A DNA stretch of 64,000 bases from a virus. Lineage: Duplodnaviria; Caudoviricetes. Location of the stretch: positions 1,903 through 65,902 of IMG/VR virus record IMGVR_UViG_3300042755_000021, one strand, 5' to 3'. The notes beneath the pieces were generated by a model. That model was given only the letters and a program-made list of their open reading frames with translations. It ran no database searches and had not been told where the DNA came from. Positions 36,898 through 45,912 of the stretch are shown here, piece after piece. Made by a program: the position numbers and the translations under genes. The first letter of the stretch is position 1. Each line of letters begins with the position of its first letter.

Positions 36898-37485
36898 TTA
36901 AGTGACATTACGTCCGTCGTTAAAACCCCGTAGAAAATAATGCCAAGCTATTTCAATATCACGATCGCAATAATCGCTTGGGTCCGTAGGATCACGTACA
37001 AGCGTTTGGCCAGACCATATAGCTTCGAATAACTTACGTGCCTTAGCGACGTGCTCGTTATCAAACCCGCACTCACCCGTCATACGGCTTAGATAATAGC
37101 CTACCCGCCGTACTTCAGTAGGACACTTATATAGAGACACTGGCATTGACTCATACCGACCAGTAGTAGCGTTCTCTGTAATCGGCACGACTATCATAAA
37201 TGCAATACTATCATCGAACTGATAGTTCTCGCCGCTGGACAGTACTATAGTGCGGACTACTGGATCCATACCTTCGCTACCGCGTGTGGCTGTAAACATA
37301 ACCGCCCCAGCTACGCCGATGAGTTTAAGCGTAGCAATACTAATAACCTGTTCAGCTGTATCAGCCCAGAGGTTAGTGGTAGCTAACCGTAATTTAGCTA
37401 ACCCTAGCCATTTATTACGGATAACGGTATCGGTTAATGTATCAATGCCTTTAGTCAGCTCATTTAAAGCTTGATTTAAGCTCAT
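36898..37485 (-). CDS. Hypothetical protein with C-terminal R..FE..Y.D..W module
   Basis: Probable start 37485 (MSLNQ; ATGA overlap, GGAGGG RBS); track start 37557. Confidence 0.65.
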   Translation of the reverse strand: MSLNQALNELTKGIDTLTDTVIRNKWLGLAKLRLATTNLWADTAEQVISIATLKLIGVAGAVMFTATRGSEGMDPVVRTIVLSSGENYQFDDSIAFMIVVPITENATTGRYESMPVSLYKCPTEVRRVGYYLSRMTGECGFDNEHVAKARKLFEAIWSGQTLVRDPTDPSDYCDRDIEIAWHYFLRGFNDGRNVT

Positions 37486-38183
37486 AGCCCCTCCAACCCA
37501 TTTACATCGATATGGTGGTCCTTTAACCAGCCATACATACCGACCCAGCCTTTCCATTGTTCATCGGTGGTGTACTGTTCATACGAACCATCCGCTTCAC
37601 GATCCACGCTGTCTTCAACCCAGCGTTCAAATAGTTTACGCACAGCTGCGATATCCCACTCGTCTGAACCAGTAATGACTGTCAGCAAACGATATTCCTG
37701 TTTAATGGCATCCATATCGGCAGGATCAATCGTCGTGTAAAATGTAGCGGTTTGATCACGGATATAATCAACATCCACTGCGGTGCCACCACTAACTACT
37801 AAAGCTGACCGTACTGTAGGCATTGTCTCAAATGGCCAGAGTTTGGCCGGATCTAATACGATGACTTCTGTACGGTCATCGATGTATACGACGTACGCTA
37901 GCTGTACTACGCGCAACATGCCGTACGTATAATGCCCGGGATTACGATGATGTGTGTCAGCACATACCTGCGGTGGCTGCGATACTATTGATACGGTACG
38001 TACGTCTAAATTAGTTAAACAGCACGTGAACGCTTTTTCTAAGCGTTCAGCCAACAAGGCCTCTTTAGACAGTATATGGCGATCGGGTATTTTGGACTTA
38101 ATAGTCTTGGCTAAGAGACTGACCGCTTCTACATTAAGATATTGGTCAGGGTGTGCTACAACGTGGTTAATGTCTATATTCAT
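37482..38183 (-). CDS. Paralog-family protein (shared N- and C-terminal modules)
   Basis: VVAHPDQYLNVEAVSLLA; TVRSALVVSG; RKLFERW. Confidence 0.7.
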   Translation of the reverse strand: MNIDINHVVAHPDQYLNVEAVSLLAKTIKSKIPDRHILSKEALLAERLEKAFTCCLTNLDVRTVSIVSQPPQVCADTHHRNPGHYTYGMLRVVQLAYVVYIDDRTEVIVLDPAKLWPFETMPTVRSALVVSGGTAVDVDYIRDQTATFYTTIDPADMDAIKQEYRLLTVITGSDEWDIAAVRKLFERWVEDSVDREADGSYEQYTTDEQWKGWVGMYGWLKDHHIDVNGLEGL

Positions 38184-38235
38184 GATAGTGTCCCGCTAGT
38201 TAAAAGACGGTAAGGTTAGCCCTACCGTTGTGTTA

Positions 38236-38577
38236 TTAAGAATGTTTATTAGCCCAATACCGCGCTAGATAACGCTGCATACAAGGCCCGACTGCACTAG
38301 GTACACCGCCTAACGATACCCAGTCATCAGCCAACTGATCACAATGCGTAGGAAGCCATCCGAAGTGTAATCGGCCATCGGCTGTAGTGCAAGCAAATGA
38401 TGGCGCTATAGCCGCTACACCCAACTGCTGCATCAACTCAGTCGTAGGAGCATCCACCGTAACCTTATCCCACTTATGGATAAAGACAATAATAGATTTA
38501 CCTGCTACGACCCATTTCATGCGTGTCATAAAGTGCCCACGCTGCGCCATGTCTAAGGCGCCGCTGTACGTATTCAT
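38236..38577 (-). CDS. tad2: Tad2-like (DUF2829) immune-signal sponge
   Basis: YSGALDMAQRGHFMTRMKW N-motif and GWLPTHCDQLADDW C-motif. Confidence 0.8.
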   Translation of the reverse strand: MNTYSGALDMAQRGHFMTRMKWVVAGKSIIVFIHKWDKVTVDAPTTELMQQLGVAAIAPSFACTTADGRLHFGWLPTHCDQLADDWVSLGGVPSAVGPCMQRYLARYWANKHS

Positions 38578-38587
38578 CTAAAACCCC

Positions 38588-39226
38588 TTAGGCCAGTTGC
38601 AGTGAACGGATACCTAGAATCCAGCCGTCACGCCAGGCTAACCATATTTGCTGCAAACGACTATCATTGTAGTTAGTCGGATTAGCTAGCTGACGTGAAA
38701 CATCTTCGTATCCATCCAACATAGCTTCATCAAATGCCCGTCGTGCACGGTAGATTTCATGACTATCTAAATGATATTCAGCCGAGATCAATTCCAGGTC
38801 CGCTTCCGTATCTGTGCCTAAAGTGCCGTATACATCGATGCGTGCGGGTGAGGCATCGGTATCGCATCCGCTTACCACTACCGCCGTTCGTATACTGGAA
38901 CACTCTAACAGCATCAGGTTAGACACTAACCCGGCGTGTGCTGACACAGCACCTTTGTTAGATACCATAAAGACAATTGCATATTCCGGCGATAGTGCCT
39001 TAACCGACTCGTAATTACGTGTATGATAAATAATCTCGTTATCCCACACAGTAGCCTCTTTTAATGCTAACACACCCGCTCTAATAAGTGCTTGAGTGAC
39101 TAAATTAAAAGGATCAGGCGTAACTACTTTAGCGAGCATTAAAGCGGTAGCTAAGGCACGGACAGATTCGATGTTGGTGTACGCCTCAGGGTTACTGAGT
39201 ACGAGTTGCGGGTCTAATGCATTCAT
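38588..39226 (-). CDS. Paralog-family protein (shared N- and C-terminal modules)
   Basis: LVLSNPEAYTNIESVRALA; SIRTAVVVSG; RARRAFDE..NY.D..W.AW. Confidence 0.7.
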   Translation of the reverse strand: MNALDPQLVLSNPEAYTNIESVRALATALMLAKVVTPDPFNLVTQALIRAGVLALKEATVWDNEIIYHTRNYESVKALSPEYAIVFMVSNKGAVSAHAGLVSNLMLLECSSIRTAVVVSGCDTDASPARIDVYGTLGTDTEADLELISAEYHLDSHEIYRARRAFDEAMLDGYEDVSRQLANPTNYNDSRLQQIWLAWRDGWILGIRSLQLA

Positions 39227-39277
39227 GATAGTAATGTCCCGTGGTTAAAATATAACGGTAGACCAGAATCGGTCTAC

Positions 39278-39970
39278 CTAAATGCTGTTGATAGCAGCCT
39301 GCGCTGAGGCTATCGCACGTTGTTCGGCCTCTCGATCGATAGTATCTACGTACGGCGTAAACTCTACACCTAAGAACTCTGCCCAGTCAGCGGCTTCTTG
39401 ATTCGCGTAGTCCAAGTTCGTATGTTTAAACGGTGTAATCAGACCAGCTGAGTCACTCCATTTAGGGTTAACAGGTCGGTCTGCATTGGTCAAATAAACC
39501 CAATAAGTAACCTGATGTGATTCAGTCATCCGTACGACGCGTACTTTAAACTGAGGTGCGAGTAAACGCGTTAGCACGCCAGGGTTCACCGCTGCGATGT
39601 AATCAGCGTCTTCTTTACTAGCAATACCCGGTCGTGTGGGCGACAGACCTGTAACTAATATCCCGGCTGATGTAAAGATCGATCCGGTCGCAGGTACGAC
39701 ATGCCATGGACCAGGTGTGGCTGCCGCAGCTAACTTACGCAAATACTCGACGTTAACCGGACCGTTAATATCTAGGTCGTGTAAACGTATCGACACGAGT
39801 CTGCACAGTTCGGTAAACTCACCGTCATTTAATGCTTCAGTGATAGCAAAGGCTTTATAGGCTGGTACATCTTTAGAGCCAATACAAAACCAACCTTCGT
39901 TGGTGTGATACCCAGTGATCTCACTGATCGGGTGCGGGTACCGTAATTCGTCAATTAGTTCTTGATACAT
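39278..39970 (-). CDS. Ead/Ea22-like domain protein
   Basis: LRKLAAAATPGPW..DADYIAAVNP.VL..LL. Confidence 0.7.
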   Translation of the reverse strand: MYQELIDELRYPHPISEITGYHTNEGWFCIGSKDVPAYKAFAITEALNDGEFTELCRLVSIRLHDLDINGPVNVEYLRKLAAAATPGPWHVVPATGSIFTSAGILVTGLSPTRPGIASKEDADYIAAVNPGVLTRLLAPQFKVRVVRMTESHQVTYWVYLTNADRPVNPKWSDSAGLITPFKHTNLDYANQEAADWAEFLGVEFTPYVDTIDREAEQRAIASAQAAINSI

Positions 39971-40092
39971 CTTAGTATTCCAATAGTTAAAAGTAGGTAG
40001 TCTATACAGTACAGCTAAGGTTGTACTGTATAGCGTGAGTTGACATTACAGGTTAATAATGTATATCGGTAATTAATTACAGTCAGAGTGCA

Positions 40093-40311
40093 TCACCGAT
40101 AGATTACGCTAACCACTTTAGCGGTAGGGCCGTACTGGTGGAGTGCTTTCGCAGCAGCTGCATCGTGGTTGGATTTACCCGCCATGGGTATTATTACCGT
40201 AGCACCCATCCAATAACCGTCCGACCGTAGATACGTCAAACGTACTTCGTAGCTATCAGTTACCTGACGCTCCGCTAGCTTTTTACCCTTCCCCATCGCC
40301 ATATTCTCCAC
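40093..40311 (-). CDS. Hypothetical protein
   Basis: Short co-oriented ORF. Confidence 0.55.
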   Translation of the reverse strand: MENMAMGKGKKLAERQVTDSYEVRLTYLRSDGYWMGATVIIPMAGKSNHDAAAAKALHQYGPTAKVVSVIYR

Positions 40312-40750
40312 CGTGCGTCAGCGGCGAACGGTAATTAGTGATAGTCAGTGCGAGTCCCGGTGTAATCGTGAACCGCGCATTCCAGGTATACCCAACGGTA
40401 TTATCCGTAGCATAAACATCTACGGAGTCTATAGTACGGTCTATTGCCTCGTTTACCCGACTACGCATTAGGCTCTCACTACGTTCCATAAACTCAGTGA
40501 TCGTTAAATCACAGTTACCTACTAACTCACCCCATACACTGTCGCAGACCTTCCCCAATACACGCATTAGGGCCTCTCTGTCTAACCCGGTTTTGGTAAT
40601 AGCGCGTTCATGTTCTACCGCAGCCCGCCAGGCAGTTAACCATTCAGACAACCCAACATCGGTAGTTGTATAAGAAGCATGCGCACTCACGGCAGCGGCG
40701 TACCAGTCGGGTTTAGGGCCGTCTGCATAAATATCATAATACGCAGTCAT
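40283..40750 (-). CDS. Hypothetical protein
   Basis: GAGG RBS. Confidence 0.6.
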   Translation of the reverse strand: MTAYYDIYADGPKPDWYAAAVSAHASYTTTDVGLSEWLTAWRAAVEHERAITKTGLDREALMRVLGKVCDSVWGELVGNCDLTITEFMERSESLMRSRVNEAIDRTIDSVDVYATDNTVGYTWNARFTITPGLALTITNYRSPLTHGGEYGDGEG

Positions 40751-40770
40751 TGTATCTATCCTCAGTTAAA

Positions 40771-41172
40771 TTAGCCGCAGATTGCGGCACTATGTGTACG
40801 TCCGGTTAGTATCCCTAGTTCCTCGGAATCAACCGATACGGAACACCAGTCCTCTATACTTAACTCAAACTCAGTCATTAAAAATGCTCTGATGGTAACG
40901 ACGGATTGGGTATCGTCCGCGTTCGACACAGCATGTACTTCCATTAACTCAATACCTATAGCAGTGCCACCATTACGGGTATGGCTAGTAGTTACAGGCA
41001 CTATAACTGTATTTGGTCTGGATGGCGAATACAGGCCATAGACCGGTTTCAACGGCTTCGATAAAAACCAGTCCTGGCGGGTACGTTGAGAGTATGCTGT
41101 AATCGCGGCGCCTAACCATAGACCGTATTCGATGATGTTAAACTTAGCACCCAGTATCATCACGTGTTGCAT
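40771..41172 (-). CDS. Hypothetical protein
   Basis: GGAG RBS. Confidence 0.6.
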   Translation of the reverse strand: MQHVMILGAKFNIIEYGLWLGAAITAYSQRTRQDWFLSKPLKPVYGLYSPSRPNTVIVPVTTSHTRNGGTAIGIELMEVHAVSNADDTQSVVTIRAFLMTEFELSIEDWCSVSVDSEELGILTGRTHSAAICG

Positions 41173-41181
41173 AATTACTCC

Positions 41182-41451
41182 CTATAGGCCGTGACTACGA
41201 CCGTCTAATGAGGTATCCCTAAAAGGAATACCGCCTTCTTTTAATATCGTGTCAAACCACGCGTCGTTCAACTCATCGCGGAGTTCACCCCCTACGAATT
41301 CACCCGTAGCGATGTTGAACCAATCGCGTAATCCACGCACGTCGTTATACGCGCTATGATAAACGCGTTTACGTAAGCCAAACCAATCAGTCACTGTGGC
41401 TTTATCCGAATGATTAGCAGTGTTGCTAATCGTTATTACAATCTGTGCCAT
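41182..41451 (-). CDS. Hypothetical protein
   Basis: Co-oriented ORF. Confidence 0.55.
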   Translation of the reverse strand: MAQIVITISNTANHSDKATVTDWFGLRKRVYHSAYNDVRGLRDWFNIATGEFVGGELRDELNDAWFDTILKEGGIPFRDTSLDGRSHGL

Positions 41452-41992
41452 TACTATATCCTAATGTTCGAGCTTTAAATAAAACCCGTGTTGTTATTGG
41501 TGTTTCTAATGCATCGGGCGAGTCATTATCGATTACACTCGTTGCTAATATTCGCGTCGTCGCATAATCGCTAGTCACGTATTCAAAACCGTTCTGTAAA
41601 AACCACTCCTGTGACTTAGTGCTAAATGATATTTCTACCAGATATCGTATACCTTCCGGTAAAGCAGTCTCTAATAGCGCTAGCGATCGCTTACCCAGCC
41701 CAAGTTTACGATAGCTAGGCACAATCCCTGTCCAACGCAGTATCGCTTCATCATCTTCCCCCAGAAACCATCCAGTAATCCCGATGACTACTGCCCCTTG
41801 TTTAATTAACCAGATACCACCCGGATTATGACAGTCGTTAGTCTGCCAATCGATAGTAGCTACGATGGCGCCAGCTGTATACTCTGGATCATCCCAAATA
41901 GTGCGTAATTCAGGATACTGGGTAAACGGACATAGCGGTTCTGCTATCGTTAATACGCTGTCTAAAGGTATAAGTGTCAACTCGGGTTGCAT
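41426..41992 (-). CDS. GNAT-family acetyltransferase
   Basis: LRWTGIVPSYRKLGLGKRSL (motif A), WFLQNGF; probable start 41992 (track 42058). Confidence 0.82.
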   Translation of the reverse strand: MQPELTLIPLDSVLTIAEPLCPFTQYPELRTIWDDPEYTAGAIVATIDWQTNDCHNPGGIWLIKQGAVVIGITGWFLGEDDEAILRWTGIVPSYRKLGLGKRSLALLETALPEGIRYLVEISFSTKSQEWFLQNGFEYVTSDYATTRILATSVIDNDSPDALETPITTRVLFKARTLGYSNGTDCNND

Positions 41993-42320
41993 AGGTAGGC
42001 TCTCTTGATTTACGATTGCGGGTGTGTATCGTGTTTTTACGTCGTCTATACAGTACACGTTTACTGATACGGTGGTTAGCGATTAACATCAATCGCCGTG
42101 AGGTAAGTTTAATATATCGAATAACTCGTCTATGCATGCGTAGTACAGACTGGTTAAACTCAACGGAGTTCGGCACAGTCGGACTAGTGTATTCATGAGC
42201 CGACATAGGTGTGGACAACAATTCAACTGGCACACCTAACGCCACAGCCATCCGATCACGCATGGTTTGCACGAAGTCTTGGATACTACCTAGGGGAGAT
42301 GGATCTATTGATTCCAGCAT
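41910..42320 (-). CDS. Hypothetical protein, basic C-terminus
   Basis: Co-oriented, overlaps neighbours. Confidence 0.45.
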   Translation of the reverse strand: MLESIDPSPLGSIQDFVQTMRDRMAVALGVPVELLSTPMSAHEYTSPTVPNSVEFNQSVLRMHRRVIRYIKLTSRRLMLIANHRISKRVLYRRRKNTIHTRNRKSREPTYATRVDTYTFRQRINDSRTAMSVYPVS

Positions 42321-42859
42321 CTTTTACGTGCCTCTATTAAGTAACGGCGTGTATCGGCCTGGGGTGTGGCGCGTATCAGCTGCCCGCGCCATTTAATACG
42401 TCGGTTAGATTGTAATCTACGGTGCAGTCGCCGGCGACAGAGCTGTGCTGCCTCTGCCCGTCGACGTGCATGTACTCGTACGGACGCTTCATGTAACCCG
42501 GCAAACAGGTCTTCTAAATCAAACAACGTCCGGATAGCTTCGTATTCCGGACCCTCCGGTACCATGCGTGCTGCTAACATATCTGTACGTACTACCACAT
42601 CGTAATCTATAAAACCAGCAGATTGACGGAGACGTTCTGCCGGAATAATATCTACATTACGCTGCGGCACACTAATGGTGTTTTTATAATCACCCGGTAG
42701 TCGTATTTGGATTAGGCCAGACTTGGTGCGTTTGACGATAATGACGCGGTTAGCGTTTAAGAATGGCCGCACGTCAGGATCCATACCTATGTCGCCATAA
42801 GGGCTTAAGGTACACCATACGCCTGGCGCGTATAGATCGGTTTTAGTTAATGCATCCAT
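42305..42859 (-). CDS. Hypothetical protein
   Basis: Co-oriented ORF. Confidence 0.6.
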   Translation of the reverse strand: MDALTKTDLYAPGVWCTLSPYGDIGMDPDVRPFLNANRVIIVKRTKSGLIQIRLPGDYKNTISVPQRNVDIIPAERLRQSAGFIDYDVVVRTDMLAARMVPEGPEYEAIRTLFDLEDLFAGLHEASVRVHARRRAEAAQLCRRRLHRRLQSNRRIKWRGQLIRATPQADTRRYLIEARKRCWNQ

Positions 42860-43068
42860 GGGATACGTCCTTTAGCATGATAGTATTTAGTACGTAGTTC
42901 AATCTGATGTAGCTGAGGTTTATAAAAACTCCGGCTACGTGAACTACTGCCTCTAAAGCGTTTTAAGCTCAATGCTCCAAAACGCCTAGTAATAGTACGA
43001 CGCGTAAGGGGTTTACGCGCACGTGGATCAATATACGGGAACATATACCCGTTTACGTAGTAGCACAT
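42847..43068 (-). CDS. Small basic protein
   Basis: AGGAG RBS; Arg/Lys-rich. Confidence 0.55.
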   Translation of the reverse strand: MCYYVNGYMFPYIDPRARKPLTRRTITRRFGALSLKRFRGSSSRSRSFYKPQLHQIELRTKYYHAKGRIPWMH

Positions 43069-43541
43069 GACTCCTCCTTTTCTCTGGCCATGCGATCTAG
43101 TACCATTTTCAACTGGATAACCAATTCAGAGTCATCCGTTACTATGGTAAATAAATCCCAAATTAATGTACCGTCGGGCCGGCGTACAGGTATAAGCTCT
43201 ATAAGCAGAAAGTCCTTCAGTAACGGCTCTTTAGTTACCAACACACTAAATGCAATACACTGCGTCTGGTTAGTCGGTGGTAATGCCTCTAACATCATAA
43301 ACCGTATACGCCCAGGTGTATCTTTAAAATCGCCATTAGCATAAAGTTCAAGTGACCATGCTGGTCGACGTAACAACACCGTACCGATAGCGTGTAGTAC
43401 AGCCGCGTGATCATTTTCTACTAACTGATAATAGATAGCTCCTACGGGTAGTTCTAACAGCCAATGTTCATCACATCCGCCGCGCTGTCCCGTCACCCCC
43501 GTTGCGTTAAGCGCTAGCAGCGCCTCCAATAATAGTGACAT
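43053..43541 (-). CDS. Hypothetical protein
   Basis: GGAG RBS. Confidence 0.6.
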   Translation of the reverse strand: MSLLLEALLALNATGVTGQRGGCDEHWLLELPVGAIYYQLVENDHAAVLHAIGTVLLRRPAWSLELYANGDFKDTPGRIRFMMLEALPPTNQTQCIAFSVLVTKEPLLKDFLLIELIPVRRPDGTLIWDLFTIVTDDSELVIQLKMVLDRMAREKEESCATT

Positions 43542-43557
43542 GTTTAATACTCCAAAA

Positions 43558-43788
43558 TTATCGAACTAATCCGCAGTAACCCTTACCCGTCTTTACGGGT
43601 ATGCGTTTAACGGGTCGCACTGACTCAACGCCAGTCTTAGGCACAATGTCTTTAGGGTCGGCTTCCATAACAACTTCATCCACCCAAGCCATACAGTCCC
43701 CACCAAGACAATTACGTCCTGCATTAGTCGATATACTAGCCACACAGATTTTAAAATAGGCATCGTTTTGCGTGTATACGTTCGGCAT
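43558..43788 (-). CDS. Small Cys-motif protein
   Basis: C..CLGGDCMAW..GYCGL; first gene after AT-rich promoter. Confidence 0.65.
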   Translation of the reverse strand: MPNVYTQNDAYFKICVASISTNAGRNCLGGDCMAWVDEVVMEADPKDIVPKTGVESVRPVKRIPVKTGKGYCGLVR

Positions 43789-43847
43789 GTTAATAACCCT
43801 CGTGTTAATAATAGGAGTGTGTGTACACTCCTAGTGATAATATATAC

Positions 43848-45824
43848 CTACTTAGTAATCGAATCCAAATAGTCCTTCAATATGGTTTCCGTATAGACAG
43901 GTACGCCTAATGCTAATGCATGCCCTAGTTTAGCCCCAGGATTATTACCCGCTACTAGTGCCTTGGTATTTTTACTAACTGTATTAGTGACGTTAGCGCC
44001 TAGACTACGTAGGAGTGCAGTCGTCTGCGCCCGGTCAATAGTTTCAAACGTCCCCGTAAAACACCACCGCTGACCACACAACACCCCTGATTCATTATCC
44101 ACGCGGATACGCGAGGTAATACCTGCTAATATATCACGCATTCTAAAGTCAGCCAAAGTTACCATAATAGTAACCGCTGTTCCAGTCCCTATACCCGGTA
44201 GTTCTTCTAATGCTTCTACAGTGGTGTTTAGCAAATCATCGATGGTAGGATACCGTCGGGCGATTGTTAACGCTGTCTGTCTCCCTACACCGGATATACC
44301 CAACCCCGCTATCAAACCGTGGTAGGTGATCGACCGCAACCCGCGTAACTTACTAACGAATTCCTGTACTAGCCAGTGCTCATTATACAGTTTAGGTATC
44401 GTAATTTCCCCTTTAGCTATTTTGAATATATCCACGTAGTCCTTAACAGTACCGCTAGTATAAAGCAGCCTAACGGTTTCCGTAGAGACACCATCGATAT
44501 CTAATCCGTTGGGCGATAAAAACCATGTAAGTCTGGCTATGTTTTGTTCAGCACAGTTTACTTTATCAGGACAATACAACAACCCACCGTCAGTTATAAG
44601 AGTCGACTCACAATACGGACAACTACGTGGGATACTAATAAACTTAGTTGCCGCATTAGCTGGGTATAAGTTAGCGATAACCTTAGGGATCACGCTGCCA
44701 GCACGCGCTATTAATACCTCGTGGCCGAAACCTAACCCTAAGCGTCGGATCTCATCAGGGTTGTAGAGATTTACCCGTGACACCACTACATTGTTAATCT
44801 CTACCGGATCCAATATCCCTACGGGCGTTAATACGCCCGTGCGCCCCATAGACCATTCTACCTTACGCAGTCGTGTCTTAGCAGTAACATTAGCCCATTT
44901 AAAGGCTATCGCCCATTTAGGGTATTTAGTGGTCTCGCCCAGCGATCGCTGGATTATCGGATCGTTAATCTTAATAACAATACCATCCGTAGGCGTATCC
45001 ATTTCCGCCCCAGCGGTACGCCAGTGTTCGATGTCCGCTATGATCTCAGCCATGGTACTATAAACAACCCAGCCATTAAACAGCTGGAAGCCATTATCTA
45101 CCAGTAATTTATACTGCTGTTCTACCGTGAGATCAGGAATAGTATCACCATGGATAGAGTAAGCAGTGAACTGTATAGGTTGTACGTACGTAGGCTCACT
45201 GAGAGCCCTTAGAAGCCCTGCCGTGGCGTTTCTGGCGTTACTGTACTGCTCGTCAGTCGACCGAGTGAGATTGATCACCTGGAGCGTCCTATAGCCCATT
45301 ACAGCCTCGCCCCGTATATATACATCACCCGTAAGTGCTATAGTCTTAGGCATGCCGCTAATGCGGTCGTAAGCATAGGTTATTTGTTCACCTATAGCAC
45401 CGCTACCTCGCGTAGCTAACCGCACGAACTGACCGTTTCGGTAAAGTCCTTCGATAGCCATGCCATCGTGTTTGAAGTCTACCACGTAGTTAAGCTTAGC
45501 CTCTAACTTAGACGGTAATACAGCTAGCAATTTACGTTCAAACGTTAACAAATCTTCCGTGAAATAACATTTGTCTAAAGACAACATCGGCACAGTATGT
45601 TTAACCTCTTTGGCAGGCATCACCGTGTCATGTGGAATGATAGTATCCAGACCTACGTAGGTTTCCGTAATGCCTGGATGCTGGCGTTCTATCATTAGTC
45701 CTTCTTGATAGAGCGCATCATATTCAGCATCTGTAATTTTAGGCTTGCCGATGTTAAACAGCTCATCGTGAAGTTGTAGTAGCGCCCGTAACTCTACGTA
45801 CCGATCAATAATAAGGTTAGTCAT
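43848..45824 (-). CDS. ligA: NAD-dependent DNA ligase
   Basis: Domain Ia (DAEYD.L), HTVPMLSLDK, KxDG (FKHDG), RGEAV, DGIVIK, AIAFKW, OB fold, C4 zinc finger, HhH, BRCT. Confidence 0.96.
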   Translation of the reverse strand: MTNLIIDRYVELRALLQLHDELFNIGKPKITDAEYDALYQEGLMIERQHPGITETYVGLDTIIPHDTVMPAKEVKHTVPMLSLDKCYFTEDLLTFERKLLAVLPSKLEAKLNYVVDFKHDGMAIEGLYRNGQFVRLATRGSGAIGEQITYAYDRISGMPKTIALTGDVYIRGEAVMGYRTLQVINLTRSTDEQYSNARNATAGLLRALSEPTYVQPIQFTAYSIHGDTIPDLTVEQQYKLLVDNGFQLFNGWVVYSTMAEIIADIEHWRTAGAEMDTPTDGIVIKINDPIIQRSLGETTKYPKWAIAFKWANVTAKTRLRKVEWSMGRTGVLTPVGILDPVEINNVVVSRVNLYNPDEIRRLGLGFGHEVLIARAGSVIPKVIANLYPANAATKFISIPRSCPYCESTLITDGGLLYCPDKVNCAEQNIARLTWFLSPNGLDIDGVSTETVRLLYTSGTVKDYVDIFKIAKGEITIPKLYNEHWLVQEFVSKLRGLRSITYHGLIAGLGISGVGRQTALTIARRYPTIDDLLNTTVEALEELPGIGTGTAVTIMVTLADFRMRDILAGITSRIRVDNESGVLCGQRWCFTGTFETIDRAQTTALLRSLGANVTNTVSKNTKALVAGNNPGAKLGHALALGVPVYTETILKDYLDSITK

Positions 45825-45864
45825 AAAAAGTTATCCGTTAATAATACATATCTTACTAAAAGAC

Positions 45865-45900
45865 ATAAAAAAGAAAGGACTGCTTACGCAGTCCTTTCGT
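45865..45900 (-). terminator. Rho-independent terminator
   Basis: AAAGGACTGC-GTAA-GCAGTCCTTT + CTTTTTT. Confidence 0.85.
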
Positions 45901-45912
45901 TAGGTTATGCCC

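Noticed and set aside
41910-42320. MAVALGVPVELL resembling a portal-protein motif
   Set aside because: Short isolated match in a 136-aa ORF with no other portal features
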